Notes under the pieces: model-generated | What the model was told of the DNA's origin: nothing | The model's database searches: none | What the model saw: the letters and a program-made list of their open reading frames with translations, nothing else | From: a virus | Lineage: Duplodnaviria > Caudoviricetes | IMG/VR virus record: IMGVR_UViG_3300032216_001965 | Coordinates: 11,159 to 75,158 of that record | DNA length: 64,000 nucleotides | Reading direction: 5' to 3' (one strand) | Shown here: in pieces, positions 31,791 through 40,944 of the stretch | How positions within the stretch are numbered: the first letter of the stretch is position 1 | How the letters are laid out: every line of letters begins with the position of its first letter | Program-made: the position numbers and the translations under genes

Positions 31791-32444
31791 ATGAGCGTAA
31801 TTAAGGGATTAAAAGATATAAACGCCCTGCTCGAAAAACCAAAGTATGAAGGAACAGGACAAAAAGTTCGTTGGGTTAAGTTGGCTGACGGACAATCAGG
31901 AAAAGTTCGTTTTGTTGAAGAACTGGACCAGGACTCAGCAAACTATTCAGAAGCCCGTGGCCTTTCTGTAGTAGTTTCAGAACACACAAATCCAAAAGAT
32001 TATAAGCGTAAGGCTGCTTGTACACAAGAATCAGAAGGTCGTTGTTTTGGTTGCGAAATGGCACGTAAAGAACCAAAGTCAGGTTGGAGAGCAAGACTTC
32101 GTTTTTACTGCAATGTACTAATCAACGATGGACTTGAAGATCCATATATTGCTGTTTGGTCACAAGGAATTTCAAAGCAATCAGCATTTAATAATATTCG
32201 TGAGTATGCGCTTGATACAGGTAGTATCTCAAACCTTGAGTGGAAGTTAAAGCGTAACGGTCAGGGAACTGAAACTAATTACACGCTTCTACCATCAAAA
32301 CCAGATGCAGAGCCATTCAATTGGGACGGCTTTGAATTCTTCAACCTAGAAAAGGTTGTTCGTGAAGTTCCATATCCAGAGCAAGAAGCGTTCTACTTTG
32401 GATTTGACACACCTTCTGTTACCAGCACCAACATCGACTGGTAA
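31791..32444 (+). CDS. Single-stranded DNA-binding protein (gp32-like)
   Basis: In replication cluster; metal-binding H/C residues; WKLKRNGQGTETNY; acidic aromatic tail ending IDW. Confidence 0.65.
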   Translation: MSVIKGLKDINALLEKPKYEGTGQKVRWVKLADGQSGKVRFVEELDQDSANYSEARGLSVVVSEHTNPKDYKRKAACTQESEGRCFGCEMARKEPKSGWRARLRFYCNVLINDGLEDPYIAVWSQGISKQSAFNNIREYALDTGSISNLEWKLKRNGQGTETNYTLLPSKPDAEPFNWDGFEFFNLEKVVREVPYPEQEAFYFGFDTPSVTSTNIDW

Positions 32445-32447
32445 TAG

Positions 32448-35400
32448 ATGTCTTACGTAGGCTTACACGTACATACTCATTACTCGTTATTTGACGGGAT
32501 TGCTACTCCAGAAGAATACATTGACCGTGCAGTTGAGTTAGGGATGCCAGCAATTGCCATCACTGACCACGGTACTTTATCTGGGCATAGGGAACTGCAC
32601 CGTATTGCAAAAGCAAAGGGTATTAAGCCTATACTTGGCGTAGAAGGCTATATGTGTAAAGATAGATTTGATACTAGAGATAAGTCTGAAAGAGACGGAG
32701 ATCTAGATCTAGTTTATAACCATATAGTACTTCTCGCCAAGAACCAAATTGGTTTAGAGAATTTAAATAAGATTAGTGAGATATCTTGGACAGAAGGATA
32801 CTTTAAAAAGCCAAGGTTTGATTTTGAAATTCTTGAAAAGTATTCTGAAGGAATTATAGTAACATCTGCATGTCCAAGTAGTGTATTGGTAAAAGCACTT
32901 GAAAATAATGAATTTGCTATAGCAAAAGATTATATTCAATGGTTTAAGCGTGTTTTTAATGATGACTATTATATTGAGGTCATGCCCCATAATGAAGCAG
33001 AGATAAATAAACAACTAATTCAATTGGCAGATGAGTTTGGTGTAAAGGTTGTTGTAACTCCAGACTGTCATCATAGTTCTACTGATCAAAAAGAGATTCA
33101 AGAGTTTAAGTTGCTACTTAATACACATGTTAAGATTGACAAAGAGCACACTTTTGAAAAATCTAAAAAGCAGCCAGACATGATGAAAAGGCTTGATTAT
33201 CTTTATGGTGAAGACCGTCAAATAACATTTAACAAGTTTGACATTCATTTACTTTCTTATGAAGAAATGAAGACTGCTATGGAAGTACAAGGTATTGATC
33301 GTCCAGATATTTATGCAAATACTTTAGAGATTGCTGAAAAAGTTGTTGACTATGGAATTCAAGAAGGACTAGACCTACTTCCAGTACAATATAAAAATCC
33401 AGATAAAGAATTAAAAGAACTTGCACTTGCTGGATTAACTGAGCGTGGTGTAGATGGTCAAGATTATTTGGATAGACTTGATGAAGAGTTGCAAGTAATT
33501 AAAGATAAAAAGTTTGCTCCTTATTTTTTGGTTGTACGCAATATGATTGCATGGGCAAAAAAAGAAGAGATTATGGTAGGTCCTGGTCGTGGATCTGCAG
33601 CAGGTTCATTGTTATGTTACGCACTAAGAATTACTGATATTGATCCAATTAAACATAAACTTTTGTTCTTCCGTTTTATTAATCCAGATCGAAATGACTT
33701 TCCAGATATTGATACAGATATTCAAGACTCTCGTCGTGAAGAGGTAAAGGATTATCTTGTTAGACAATATCGACATGTTGCATCTATTGCTACATTTCTT
33801 TCTTTTAAAGATAAGGGTGTGGTACGAGATGTTGCACGAGTTTTAAATATCCCACTTACTGATGTCAATAAGGTTCTTAAACTTGTTGATACATGGGATG
33901 AATATTGTACATCAAAAACAACACGAGAATTCCGTGATAAATATCCAGAAGTAGAAATTTATGGAGAACAACTTCGAGGTCGCATTAGAGGTACTGGTAT
34001 TCACGCTGCTGGTGTTGTAACAAGTAAAGACCCTATTTTTAGGTACGCCCCAATGGAGACACGCTCTTCTACTGGCAGTGATGAGCGCATTCCTGTTGTT
34101 GCAGTTGACATGGAAGAGGCTGAAAAGATTGGCCTTATTAAGATTGATGCACTTGGACTAAAAACTCTTTCAGTTCTTAAAGACACACTTGATATTATTG
34201 AAGAAAGAAATAAAAAGAAGATTGACCTTCTTAATATTGATATGGATGACAAGAATGTTTATCAAATGCTTTCAGATGGATATACAAAGGGTGTATTCCA
34301 GTGTGAAGCAGCACCATACACAAATTTGCTAATTAAAATGGGTGTAAAAAATCTTTCAGAACTTGCTGCTTCAAATGCTCTAGTTCGTCCAGGTGCAATG
34401 AATACAATTGGTAAAGATTATATTGAGCGTAAACATGGTCGTCAAAACATTGGGTATACTCACCAAGTACTAAAAGAGTTTACGGAGGAAACATATGGTT
34501 GTATTCTTTACCAGGAACAAGTTATGCAAGCATGCGTATCGCTTGGCGGTATGTCCATGTCGGAAGCAGATAAAGTTAGAAAGATCATTGGAAAGAAAAA
34601 AGATGCTAAAGAATTTGATCAGTTTAAGGAAAAGTTTGTAGAGGGTGCATCAAAGTTTGTCTCACCAAATATGGCTAAAGATCTTTGGCATGACTTTGAG
34701 GCTCATGCAGGGTACTCATTTAATAAGTCTCATGCAGTAGCATACTCAACGCTATCATACTGGACAGCATGGCTTAAGTATCACTACCCACTAGAGTTTA
34801 TGTACTCACTACTAAAGAATGAAAAGGATAAAGATGCAAGAACTGAATACCTTATTGAGGCAAAAAGAATGGGGATTAGCATTAAACTACCTCACATTAA
34901 TGACTCAGATATTGATTTTAAGATTGAAGGCAAAGGCATTAGATTTGGCCTTACTGCTATTAAATATATTTCCGATAAAATTGCAGAGCGTTACATTTCT
35001 GCAAGACCTTTCTCATCGTATGCTCAACTTGAAGAGTTTACTTTTACTAAAGGAAATGGAGTTAACTCTCGTGCTCTTCAAGCATTACGAGTTATCGGTG
35101 CAGCGACATTTAATGATAATGCAAGAAATGAAGAAGAGATTAAGCAAAATCTCTACGAATATCTAAATCTACCAGAATTTAATATTACCGTTCCATCTCA
35201 TTATTATGGTTTTATCACAGAGGCTCAAGACTATGAAGAAAAAGGTTCGTTGATTGTAATGGGTATGGTAAAATCTATTAAAAGAGCAAAAGGTTGGTCA
35301 AGAGTAGAAGTACTTGATAAAACAGGAAGTGTAGGAATTTTTGATGATGAGCAAACAACCATTGAGGCAGGTTTATCATATATCATTCTTGTTAATGATA

Positions 35401-35720
35401 ATAGGATTCTTTCTGCTATCCCTATCGATCAAATAAAAACATCAACATCTGGTCTTATTAAGTTTTTAAATTACAAACAATTACCATATAAAGATAATGA
35501 GATGTTTGTTTTGTCATTTAAACCAAGAATTACAAAGACTGGAAAAAAGATGGCATCTTTAACAGTTGCAGATACAGCAAGAGATTTACACTCTATTACA
35601 GTTTTTCCAACTTCATTTGCAAAAGCATATATGAAAATTGAAGAAGGAAATGCATATAATTTTAGTTTAGGAAAAACAAAAGATGGAACCGTTATATTGG
35701 AGGATATAAATGTCAGTTAG
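32448..35720 (+). CDS. dnaE: DNA polymerase III alpha subunit
   Basis: PHP LHVHTHYS..DG, TDHG; GPGRGSAAGSL; PDIDTD; YSFNKSHA; no intein evident. Confidence 0.96.
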   Translation: MSYVGLHVHTHYSLFDGIATPEEYIDRAVELGMPAIAITDHGTLSGHRELHRIAKAKGIKPILGVEGYMCKDRFDTRDKSERDGDLDLVYNHIVLLAKNQIGLENLNKISEISWTEGYFKKPRFDFEILEKYSEGIIVTSACPSSVLVKALENNEFAIAKDYIQWFKRVFNDDYYIEVMPHNEAEINKQLIQLADEFGVKVVVTPDCHHSSTDQKEIQEFKLLLNTHVKIDKEHTFEKSKKQPDMMKRLDYLYGEDRQITFNKFDIHLLSYEEMKTAMEVQGIDRPDIYANTLEIAEKVVDYGIQEGLDLLPVQYKNPDKELKELALAGLTERGVDGQDYLDRLDEELQVIKDKKFAPYFLVVRNMIAWAKKEEIMVGPGRGSAAGSLLCYALRITDIDPIKHKLLFFRFINPDRNDFPDIDTDIQDSRREEVKDYLVRQYRHVASIATFLSFKDKGVVRDVARVLNIPLTDVNKVLKLVDTWDEYCTSKTTREFRDKYPEVEIYGEQLRGRIRGTGIHAAGVVTSKDPIFRYAPMETRSSTGSDERIPVVAVDMEEAEKIGLIKIDALGLKTLSVLKDTLDIIEERNKKKIDLLNIDMDDKNVYQMLSDGYTKGVFQCEAAPYTNLLIKMGVKNLSELAASNALVRPGAMNTIGKDYIERKHGRQNIGYTHQVLKEFTEETYGCILYQEQVMQACVSLGGMSMSEADKVRKIIGKKKDAKEFDQFKEKFVEGASKFVSPNMAKDLWHDFEAHAGYSFNKSHAVAYSTLSYWTAWLKYHYPLEFMYSLLKNEKDKDARTEYLIEAKRMGISIKLPHINDSDIDFKIEGKGIRFGLTAIKYISDKIAERYISARPFSSYAQLEEFTFTKGNGVNSRALQALRVIGAATFNDNARNEEEIKQNLYEYLNLPEFNITVPSHYYGFITEAQDYEEKGSLIVMGMVKSIKRAKGWSRVEVLDKTGSVGIFDDEQTTIEAGLSYIILVNDNRILSAIPIDQIKTSTSGLIKFLNYKQLPYKDNEMFVLSFKPRITKTGKKMASLTVADTARDLHSITVFPTSFAKAYMKIEEGNAYNFSLGKTKDGTVILEDINVS

Positions 35721-36720
35721 TGTTGAAGAGGCAATGGCTCAACTTGATCCAAAGTTAAGAAAAAAACTAGGAACAGGAGTAGGAGTAAACTATGAATACC
35801 AGCCTACCCCAAGTTATGGTTTAAACCGTGCTCTAGGAGGTGGACTTCCTTATGGTAGACAAGTTCTTATCTGGGGTTCAAAGTCATCTGCAAAGTCCTC
35901 TATGTGCCTTCAAATGATTGCCCTAGCACAAGCAGAGGGAAAGTTGTGTGCCTGGATTGATTCAGAGATGTCATACTCCGAGGATTGGGCTAGGTCTTTA
36001 GGGGTAGATCCAGAAAAACTTATTTACTCACAAGCAAGAACTATCAGTGATATGGTAGATGTTGGTGTGGGCTTGATGAATGCAGGAGTTGATTTAATAG
36101 TGGTAGACTCTATTACATCAATGCTTCCTGCAATTTATTTTGAAAAGGATACTAATGAAATGAAGGCTTTAGAAAATACAAAACAGATTGGAGCAGAATC
36201 TCGTGACTTTAGTAACGCATGGAAAATGCTTAACTATGCAAACAATAAAGTTAAGCCAACTTTGCTTGTTCTTATTTCTCAGTCTCGTAACAATATTAAT
36301 GCTATGTATACTAGTCAGCAGCCTTCTGGTGGTCAGGCTACTAAGTTTTATTCCTCATGTATTGTTAAACTCTTTTCTTCAGAGTCGGACAATCAAGCGA
36401 TTAAAGGAAAGATTAAAGTGGGAGATAAACTAATTGAAGAAAAAATTGGAAGAACTATTAGATGGGAATTACAGTTCTCAAAAACCTCTCCAGGGTTTCA
36501 ATCTGGTGAGTATGATTTTTATTTTAGAGGTGATGATATTGGTCTTGATACCATCGGGGACTTGGTTACTACAGCAGAATTAAACGGTATTGTAGAACGC
36601 ACAGGTGCTTGGTACATACTTCCTGATGGCACAAAAGTTCAGGGCAAAGAAGCATTTGTTAATAGAGTAAGAGAGGATCTTGATTTGCAAGAGTCTATCA
36701 AGAAAAAACTAAGTGCCTAA
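35710..36720 (+). CDS. recA: RecA/UvsX-like recombinase
   Basis: LGGGLPYGR, AWIDSE, LIVVDSIT, ISQSR, GGQATKFY. Confidence 0.92.
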   Translation: MSVSVEEAMAQLDPKLRKKLGTGVGVNYEYQPTPSYGLNRALGGGLPYGRQVLIWGSKSSAKSSMCLQMIALAQAEGKLCAWIDSEMSYSEDWARSLGVDPEKLIYSQARTISDMVDVGVGLMNAGVDLIVVDSITSMLPAIYFEKDTNEMKALENTKQIGAESRDFSNAWKMLNYANNKVKPTLLVLISQSRNNINAMYTSQQPSGGQATKFYSSCIVKLFSSESDNQAIKGKIKVGDKLIEEKIGRTIRWELQFSKTSPGFQSGEYDFYFRGDDIGLDTIGDLVTTAELNGIVERTGAWYILPDGTKVQGKEAFVNRVREDLDLQESIKKKLSA

Positions 36721-36889
36721 CTACACAGTTTATTCTGGATTATTTTTATGTCAAACATGTAAAATAGAGGTAAAGTCATTAAGATTGTATGCAGATACAA
36801 AAACTATGACATGGATGTGCAAAGATAAACACATCAGTACTATTAATTTAGGTAAAAGAAAGAAGAGTGATTTTGACAGAGAAAAGTGA
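36713..36889 (+). CDS. Small zinc-ribbon protein (58 aa; not in ORF track)
   Basis: GTG start overlapping recA stop; CQTC...CKDKH. Confidence 0.6.
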   Translation: MPNYTVYSGLFLCQTCKIEVKSLRLYADTKTMTWMCKDKHISTINLGKRKKSDFDREK

Positions 36890-37160
36890 GTCTAAGAGAA
36901 TAGGTGCTAAACAGCATAAAAACTCTGGAAGAAATACTCAAAAGGGGGATGCTTCTTGGAAAAATTTTGTTGTAGACTTTAAAGAAGTTGGAAAATCTTT
37001 TACATTAAATAAAGAGGTTTGGGCAAAGGCTACAACTGATGCCATAAAAAATAGTAAAGATCCAGCCATCGTTGTGGTGCTCGGCGAAGGGAACTCTAAG
37101 GTAAGACTTGCTATAATTGAGATGAGTCTGTTGGAGCAATTTTTAGAGGATAGTGTATAA
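36867..37160 (+). CDS. Hjc-like PD-(D/E)XK Holliday junction resolvase
   Basis: NSGR...KGDA...VDFKE motif. Confidence 0.55.
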   Translation: MILTEKSESKRIGAKQHKNSGRNTQKGDASWKNFVVDFKEVGKSFTLNKEVWAKATTDAIKNSKDPAIVVVLGEGNSKVRLAIIEMSLLEQFLEDSV

Positions 37161-37167
37161 TAATAAT

Positions 37168-37851
37168 ATGAGTACAGGATATGAGCCAAAAATTAAAGTA
37201 GTTCCACATGTTATAAAAAATTTTTTTACCGCTGAAGAAGTCGAAGTGCTTCTTGCAATAGTAAAATATCAAAAAAATGCCAAAGATTTAGATGAATTTT
37301 TTGCCCCATTAATTTTGCCACAAATGGCAAGGATGCAAATAGAAGTAATGTACCCAGAACATATACGAAGAAAACTTGAAAAATTTGCTTCAAAAATGGT
37401 CGGGGAAGAAGTATTTATGTTTCACAACAGTTACTTGGATTATAGTTTAGAGCATAATCCAGATGTAAATCCAAAATTACCAGTTCATTATGATTCAGAT
37501 AATTATTTTACTAAACTTACAATGGACTATCAGTTAGATGCTAACATAGATTGGCCAATAGTAATTGAGGGTGAAAGTTTTAATCTTCAGTATGGAGACC
37601 TGCTTGTATTTTGGGGTGCAGGTCAAGTTCATTGGAGAGAGCCAGTAAAATTTAAAAAAAGAGATAGAACTGAAGTTCTAACTATGCATTTTTCAAAAAA
37701 AGAAGATTTTGAACAACTAAATCTTGCTGCTAGAGCACCAGAAAAAAGAAAAGAAAGACTTGATTTGTGGAGATCAGATCCAAAATTTTTAAAGTATAAT
37801 GACGATTTTTTTGCAAAAGAAGAATTAATAAATAAAAACAAAAACTTGTAA
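37168..37851 (+). CDS. 2OG-Fe(II) oxygenase-like protein
   Basis: HYD...HWR facial triad; GDLLVFWG; TATAAT 6 nt upstream of ATG 37168. Confidence 0.65.
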   Translation: MSTGYEPKIKVVPHVIKNFFTAEEVEVLLAIVKYQKNAKDLDEFFAPLILPQMARMQIEVMYPEHIRRKLEKFASKMVGEEVFMFHNSYLDYSLEHNPDVNPKLPVHYDSDNYFTKLTMDYQLDANIDWPIVIEGESFNLQYGDLLVFWGAGQVHWREPVKFKKRDRTEVLTMHFSKKEDFEQLNLAARAPEKRKERLDLWRSDPKFLKYNDDFFAKEELINKNKNL

Positions 37852-37863
37852 AAGGAAGAATAA

Positions 37864-38169
37864 ATGCAAAACGAAAACACTACAATTGATATGGTAAATG
37901 GTCTTGCAGAGATTGCAGATTATATGGAAGATGAAGAATTAACGGTTGCACTAACGATGATTGCTAAACTAATTATAAAACCAGATATTCCAATTAATGT
38001 TGCTCATGTAGAAATTGTTAGACTACAGGCAATAGCAGCAAAAATGGCTTTTAAAGCAACCTGGATGGCTAATGTTGATAAGTCTGATCGTGGAAAAAAG
38101 AATCTTTATTATACTGCAGCCGAATCAATTAACAATTTGGTTTCTGCACTTAAATACATAACACGCTAG
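37864..38169 (+). CDS. Hypothetical helical protein
   Basis: 101-aa ORF. Confidence 0.55.
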   Translation: MQNENTTIDMVNGLAEIADYMEDEELTVALTMIAKLIIKPDIPINVAHVEIVRLQAIAAKMAFKATWMANVDKSDRGKKNLYYTAAESINNLVSALKYITR

Positions 38170-38210
38170 ATTCTGCTATACTTATAAGAATAGAAAAGAG
38201 TTTTAATATA

Positions 38211-39062
38211 ATGACAAAAAATTTACTAAAGCAAGTTATGATTAGACCAGAAACGGGCAATAAATCTGAAGAGCCAACTTTTACTGATGGACTTATTGAG
38301 GCAATTAGGAATGGCTATACAGTTAACATAAAACCAAGATTTCAAAAAAAGACAACCTTTGCTCCTTCATCTTTGACATATGGAGCAGGTGAGTGTGCTA
38401 GATATTGGTATCTTGCATTTGAGGGTGGAATTTTTCATGATGATGCAGATGCTTTTGGTGTAGCAAATAGAACTAGTGGCACACTTAGTCATGACAGAAT
38501 TCAAGATGCTGTTATGAATGCTGGTCTTTTAGCAGAAGATATGGAGTTTGATCCAGAACCAAGCAAGTACAAGAAACAAATTCATCCAGCACTAGAGTTT
38601 AGAATTAAACATGATGACCCACCAATTTCAGGGTATGGCGATGTAATGCTTAATTATAATGGTCAAACCATTCTTGGTGAAATTAAAACCATGATGAATG
38701 AAGGTTTTGAATATAGGAAAGCAAGTAGGAAGCCAAAGACTGGCCACCTAATGCAATTAATTATGTATATGAAAATTCTCAAGAAAGATAAGGGGGCATT
38801 AATTTATGAAAATAAAAATAATCATGACCTACTTATTATTCCTGTAGAAGTAAACGATCATTACCGTCGGTGGGTAGACCAGGCATTTGATTGGATGCGT
38901 ACAGTTCGCAAGGCATGGGAAGATAAAACTTTGCCTCAAAAAACATATAGATCAAATTCAAAGATCTGTAAAGTTTGTCCATTACAAAAAACTTGTGCCG
39001 AAGCAGAGACAGGGGTAATTAAAATTAAACCTCTGGAGTTGCTGGAAGATGAAACATTGTAG
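38211..39062 (+). CDS. Cas4-like/RecB-family exonuclease
   Basis: ECARY, GYGDVML, GEIKT, QLIMY, C-terminal CKVCPLQKTC (1+3 Cys Fe-S pattern). Confidence 0.8.
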   Translation: MTKNLLKQVMIRPETGNKSEEPTFTDGLIEAIRNGYTVNIKPRFQKKTTFAPSSLTYGAGECARYWYLAFEGGIFHDDADAFGVANRTSGTLSHDRIQDAVMNAGLLAEDMEFDPEPSKYKKQIHPALEFRIKHDDPPISGYGDVMLNYNGQTILGEIKTMMNEGFEYRKASRKPKTGHLMQLIMYMKILKKDKGALIYENKNNHDLLIIPVEVNDHYRRWVDQAFDWMRTVRKAWEDKTLPQKTYRSNSKICKVCPLQKTCAEAETGVIKIKPLELLEDETL

Positions 39063-39330
39063 TTGGTGTGACACAGAATTTAAAACTGATATAAGTTATC
39101 AAATTTATTGCTCTGTTATTTGTAGAGAAAAAGCAACTAAGGAAAAAATTGCACAAAGATATGTAGTTTCAAAAAGACAAAAACGAAAAGGTAAAGACCG
39201 TTTATGCAAATCTTGTTTAAAACAATTATCAATATACAATGATGATAATCTATGCAATTTATGTTTAGTTAATCCATTAGATGTGGTAAAGGCTTTAAAA
39301 GAAATAAAAGGTATAGCAAATGAAAAATAA
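39049..39330 (+). CDS. Cys-rich zinc-finger protein
   Basis: CSWC, CSVIC, CKSC, CNLC. Confidence 0.6.
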   Translation: MKHCSWCDTEFKTDISYQIYCSVICREKATKEKIAQRYVVSKRQKRKGKDRLCKSCLKQLSIYNDDNLCNLCLVNPLDVVKALKEIKGIANEK

Positions 39331-39907
39331 ATGGGGACTAGAGGTTAAGCCAAATACAATTTGCGCTATTGATGCTAGTACAAATAGTCTTGCTTTTGCA
39401 TTATTTTCTGAAAATGATCTTAAGTCTGTAGGAAAAATTAACTTTGATGGCGATGATATATATCAAAAGGTTATGGATGCTGGTAAAAAAGTAAAAGCAT
39501 TTTTTGATATATATGGTGGATTTGAAGCAATAGTAATTGAGCATACCGTGTTTATGAATAGTCCTAAAACTGCTGCAGACCTTGCTTTAGTTCAAGGTGC
39601 CATACTTGGATCAGCAGGACAGTCTGGAACAAGAATAATTGGAAAAGTTTCACCTATTACTTGGCAGAACTATATAGGAAATAAAAAAATATCTAAAGAC
39701 GAACAACTTTTTATTCGTGCACAGCATCCTGGAAAATCTGTTTCTTGGTATAAAACATATGAAAGAAACCTTCGCAAAGAAAGAACTATAAAATTTATCA
39801 ACACTATTTATGATAGAACTATTACTGATAACGATGTAGCAGATGCCTGTGGTATTGGTTATTGGTCTATAAAAAACTGGGGTAAAGCAATAGGGATTGA
39901 CAAATAA
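39320..39907 (+). CDS. ruvC: RuvC-like Holliday junction resolvase
   Basis: AIDASTNS, IVIEH, DVADACGIG. Confidence 0.75.
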   Translation: MKNKWGLEVKPNTICAIDASTNSLAFALFSENDLKSVGKINFDGDDIYQKVMDAGKKVKAFFDIYGGFEAIVIEHTVFMNSPKTAADLALVQGAILGSAGQSGTRIIGKVSPITWQNYIGNKKISKDEQLFIRAQHPGKSVSWYKTYERNLRKERTIKFINTIYDRTITDNDVADACGIGYWSIKNWGKAIGIDK

Positions 39908-39911
39908 CACT

Positions 39912-40067
39912 ATGGCTGCTAAACTATATACTAGTGAAACTTGGCTTAGAAAAAGATTTCTTATGGATAAAAAATCTCCACAAGAAATTGCTTTAGAGTG
40001 TGGAACAAGTGTAGAAACAATATATGTTTATTTGGCAAAATATGGATTAAGGAAATCTAAAAGATGA
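39912..40067 (+). CDS. Small HTH protein (51 aa; not in ORF track)
   Basis: KSPQEIALECGTSVETIYVYL helix-turn-helix. Confidence 0.6.
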   Translation: MAAKLYTSETWLRKRFLMDKKSPQEIALECGTSVETIYVYLAKYGLRKSKR

Positions 40068-40186
40068 ATAAATTACAAAAGGCTGTTGCAGTTTTAACTA
40101 TTGCAAGTGCTGTTGGAATTAGTTATGCACTCTATACCCTTAAAGGTTTGCCAGAAAGTTTTGACTGGGAGTTAGAAGATGAGTGA
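40064..40186 (+). CDS. Small single-pass membrane protein (40 aa; not in ORF track)
   Basis: ATGA overlaps on both sides; hydrophobic stretch. Confidence 0.5.
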   Translation: MNKLQKAVAVLTIASAVGISYALYTLKGLPESFDWELEDE

Positions 40187-40421
40187 CAACCTAAATATAA
40201 CAGTTGATCAAGTTAATAATCCTTTACACTATACATCTGATCCATCTGGTATTGAGTGCATTGAGATTACTCGCCATCGCAATTTTAACATTGGAAATGC
40301 ATTTAAGTATTTATGGAGAGCAGGACTAAAAGATGAAGCCAAGACCATACAAGATCTAGAAAAAGCAATTTTCTATATTAAAGATGAAATAAATAGACTA
40401 GAGGGAAAGTATGTCAACTGA
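40179..40421 (+). CDS. DUF3310 (T7 gp1.7-like nucleotide kinase family) protein
   Basis: VNNPLHY...IECI...GNAFKYLWRAGLK...DLEKAIFY. Confidence 0.85.
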   Translation: MSDNLNITVDQVNNPLHYTSDPSGIECIEITRHRNFNIGNAFKYLWRAGLKDEAKTIQDLEKAIFYIKDEINRLEGKYVN

Positions 40422-40944
40422 AGAAGATTTAGTAAAGCATCTTGATCAAGTCAATAATGTAGTTGAAGAATATTTAAAGGGTAATGATCCAACGGTAATT
40501 TCAAAACAGTTAGACATACCAAGACAAAGAGTTGTTGCTTATATTGATGAATGGAAGACTATGGCTTCCGATAATGCTGCTATCCGTGCCCGTGCAAAAG
40601 AAGCACTTGTAGCAGCAGACACACATTACAGCAAATTAATTTCAAAATCATATGAAGTTATTGATGAAGCATCAATGACAAATAATCTTACTGCAAAAAC
40701 AACAGCGATTAAACTTGTTATGGATATTGAATCTAAAAGAATTGATATGCTACAAAAGGCTGGACTGCTTGAGAATAAAGAACTTGCAGAAGAAATGGTT
40801 GAGATTGAAAAACGACAAGAAGTTCTCATGTCAATTCTTAAAGATATAGCATCAGAGTATCCAGAAATTCGTGATGAAATTATGAGAAGACTTTCTTCTA
40901 TTGCAAAAAATAATGAAGTAATTACTGTGGTGCATGATGGCTGA
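40411..40944 (+). CDS. Probable terminase small subunit
   Basis: N-terminal HTH, helical, overlaps large terminase start. Confidence 0.55.
   Translation: MSTEEDLVKHLDQVNNVVEEYLKGNDPTVISKQLDIPRQRVVAYIDEWKTMASDNAAIRARAKEALVAADTHYSKLISKSYEVIDEASMTNNLTAKTTAIKLVMDIESKRIDMLQKAGLLENKELAEEMVEIEKRQEVLMSILKDIASEYPEIRDEIMRRLSSIAKNNEVITVVHDG

Noticed and set aside
38211-39062. Cas4-like gene as evidence of a CRISPR-Cas system
   Set aside because: No array, cas1 or cas2 seen; solo Cas4-like nucleases are common in phages
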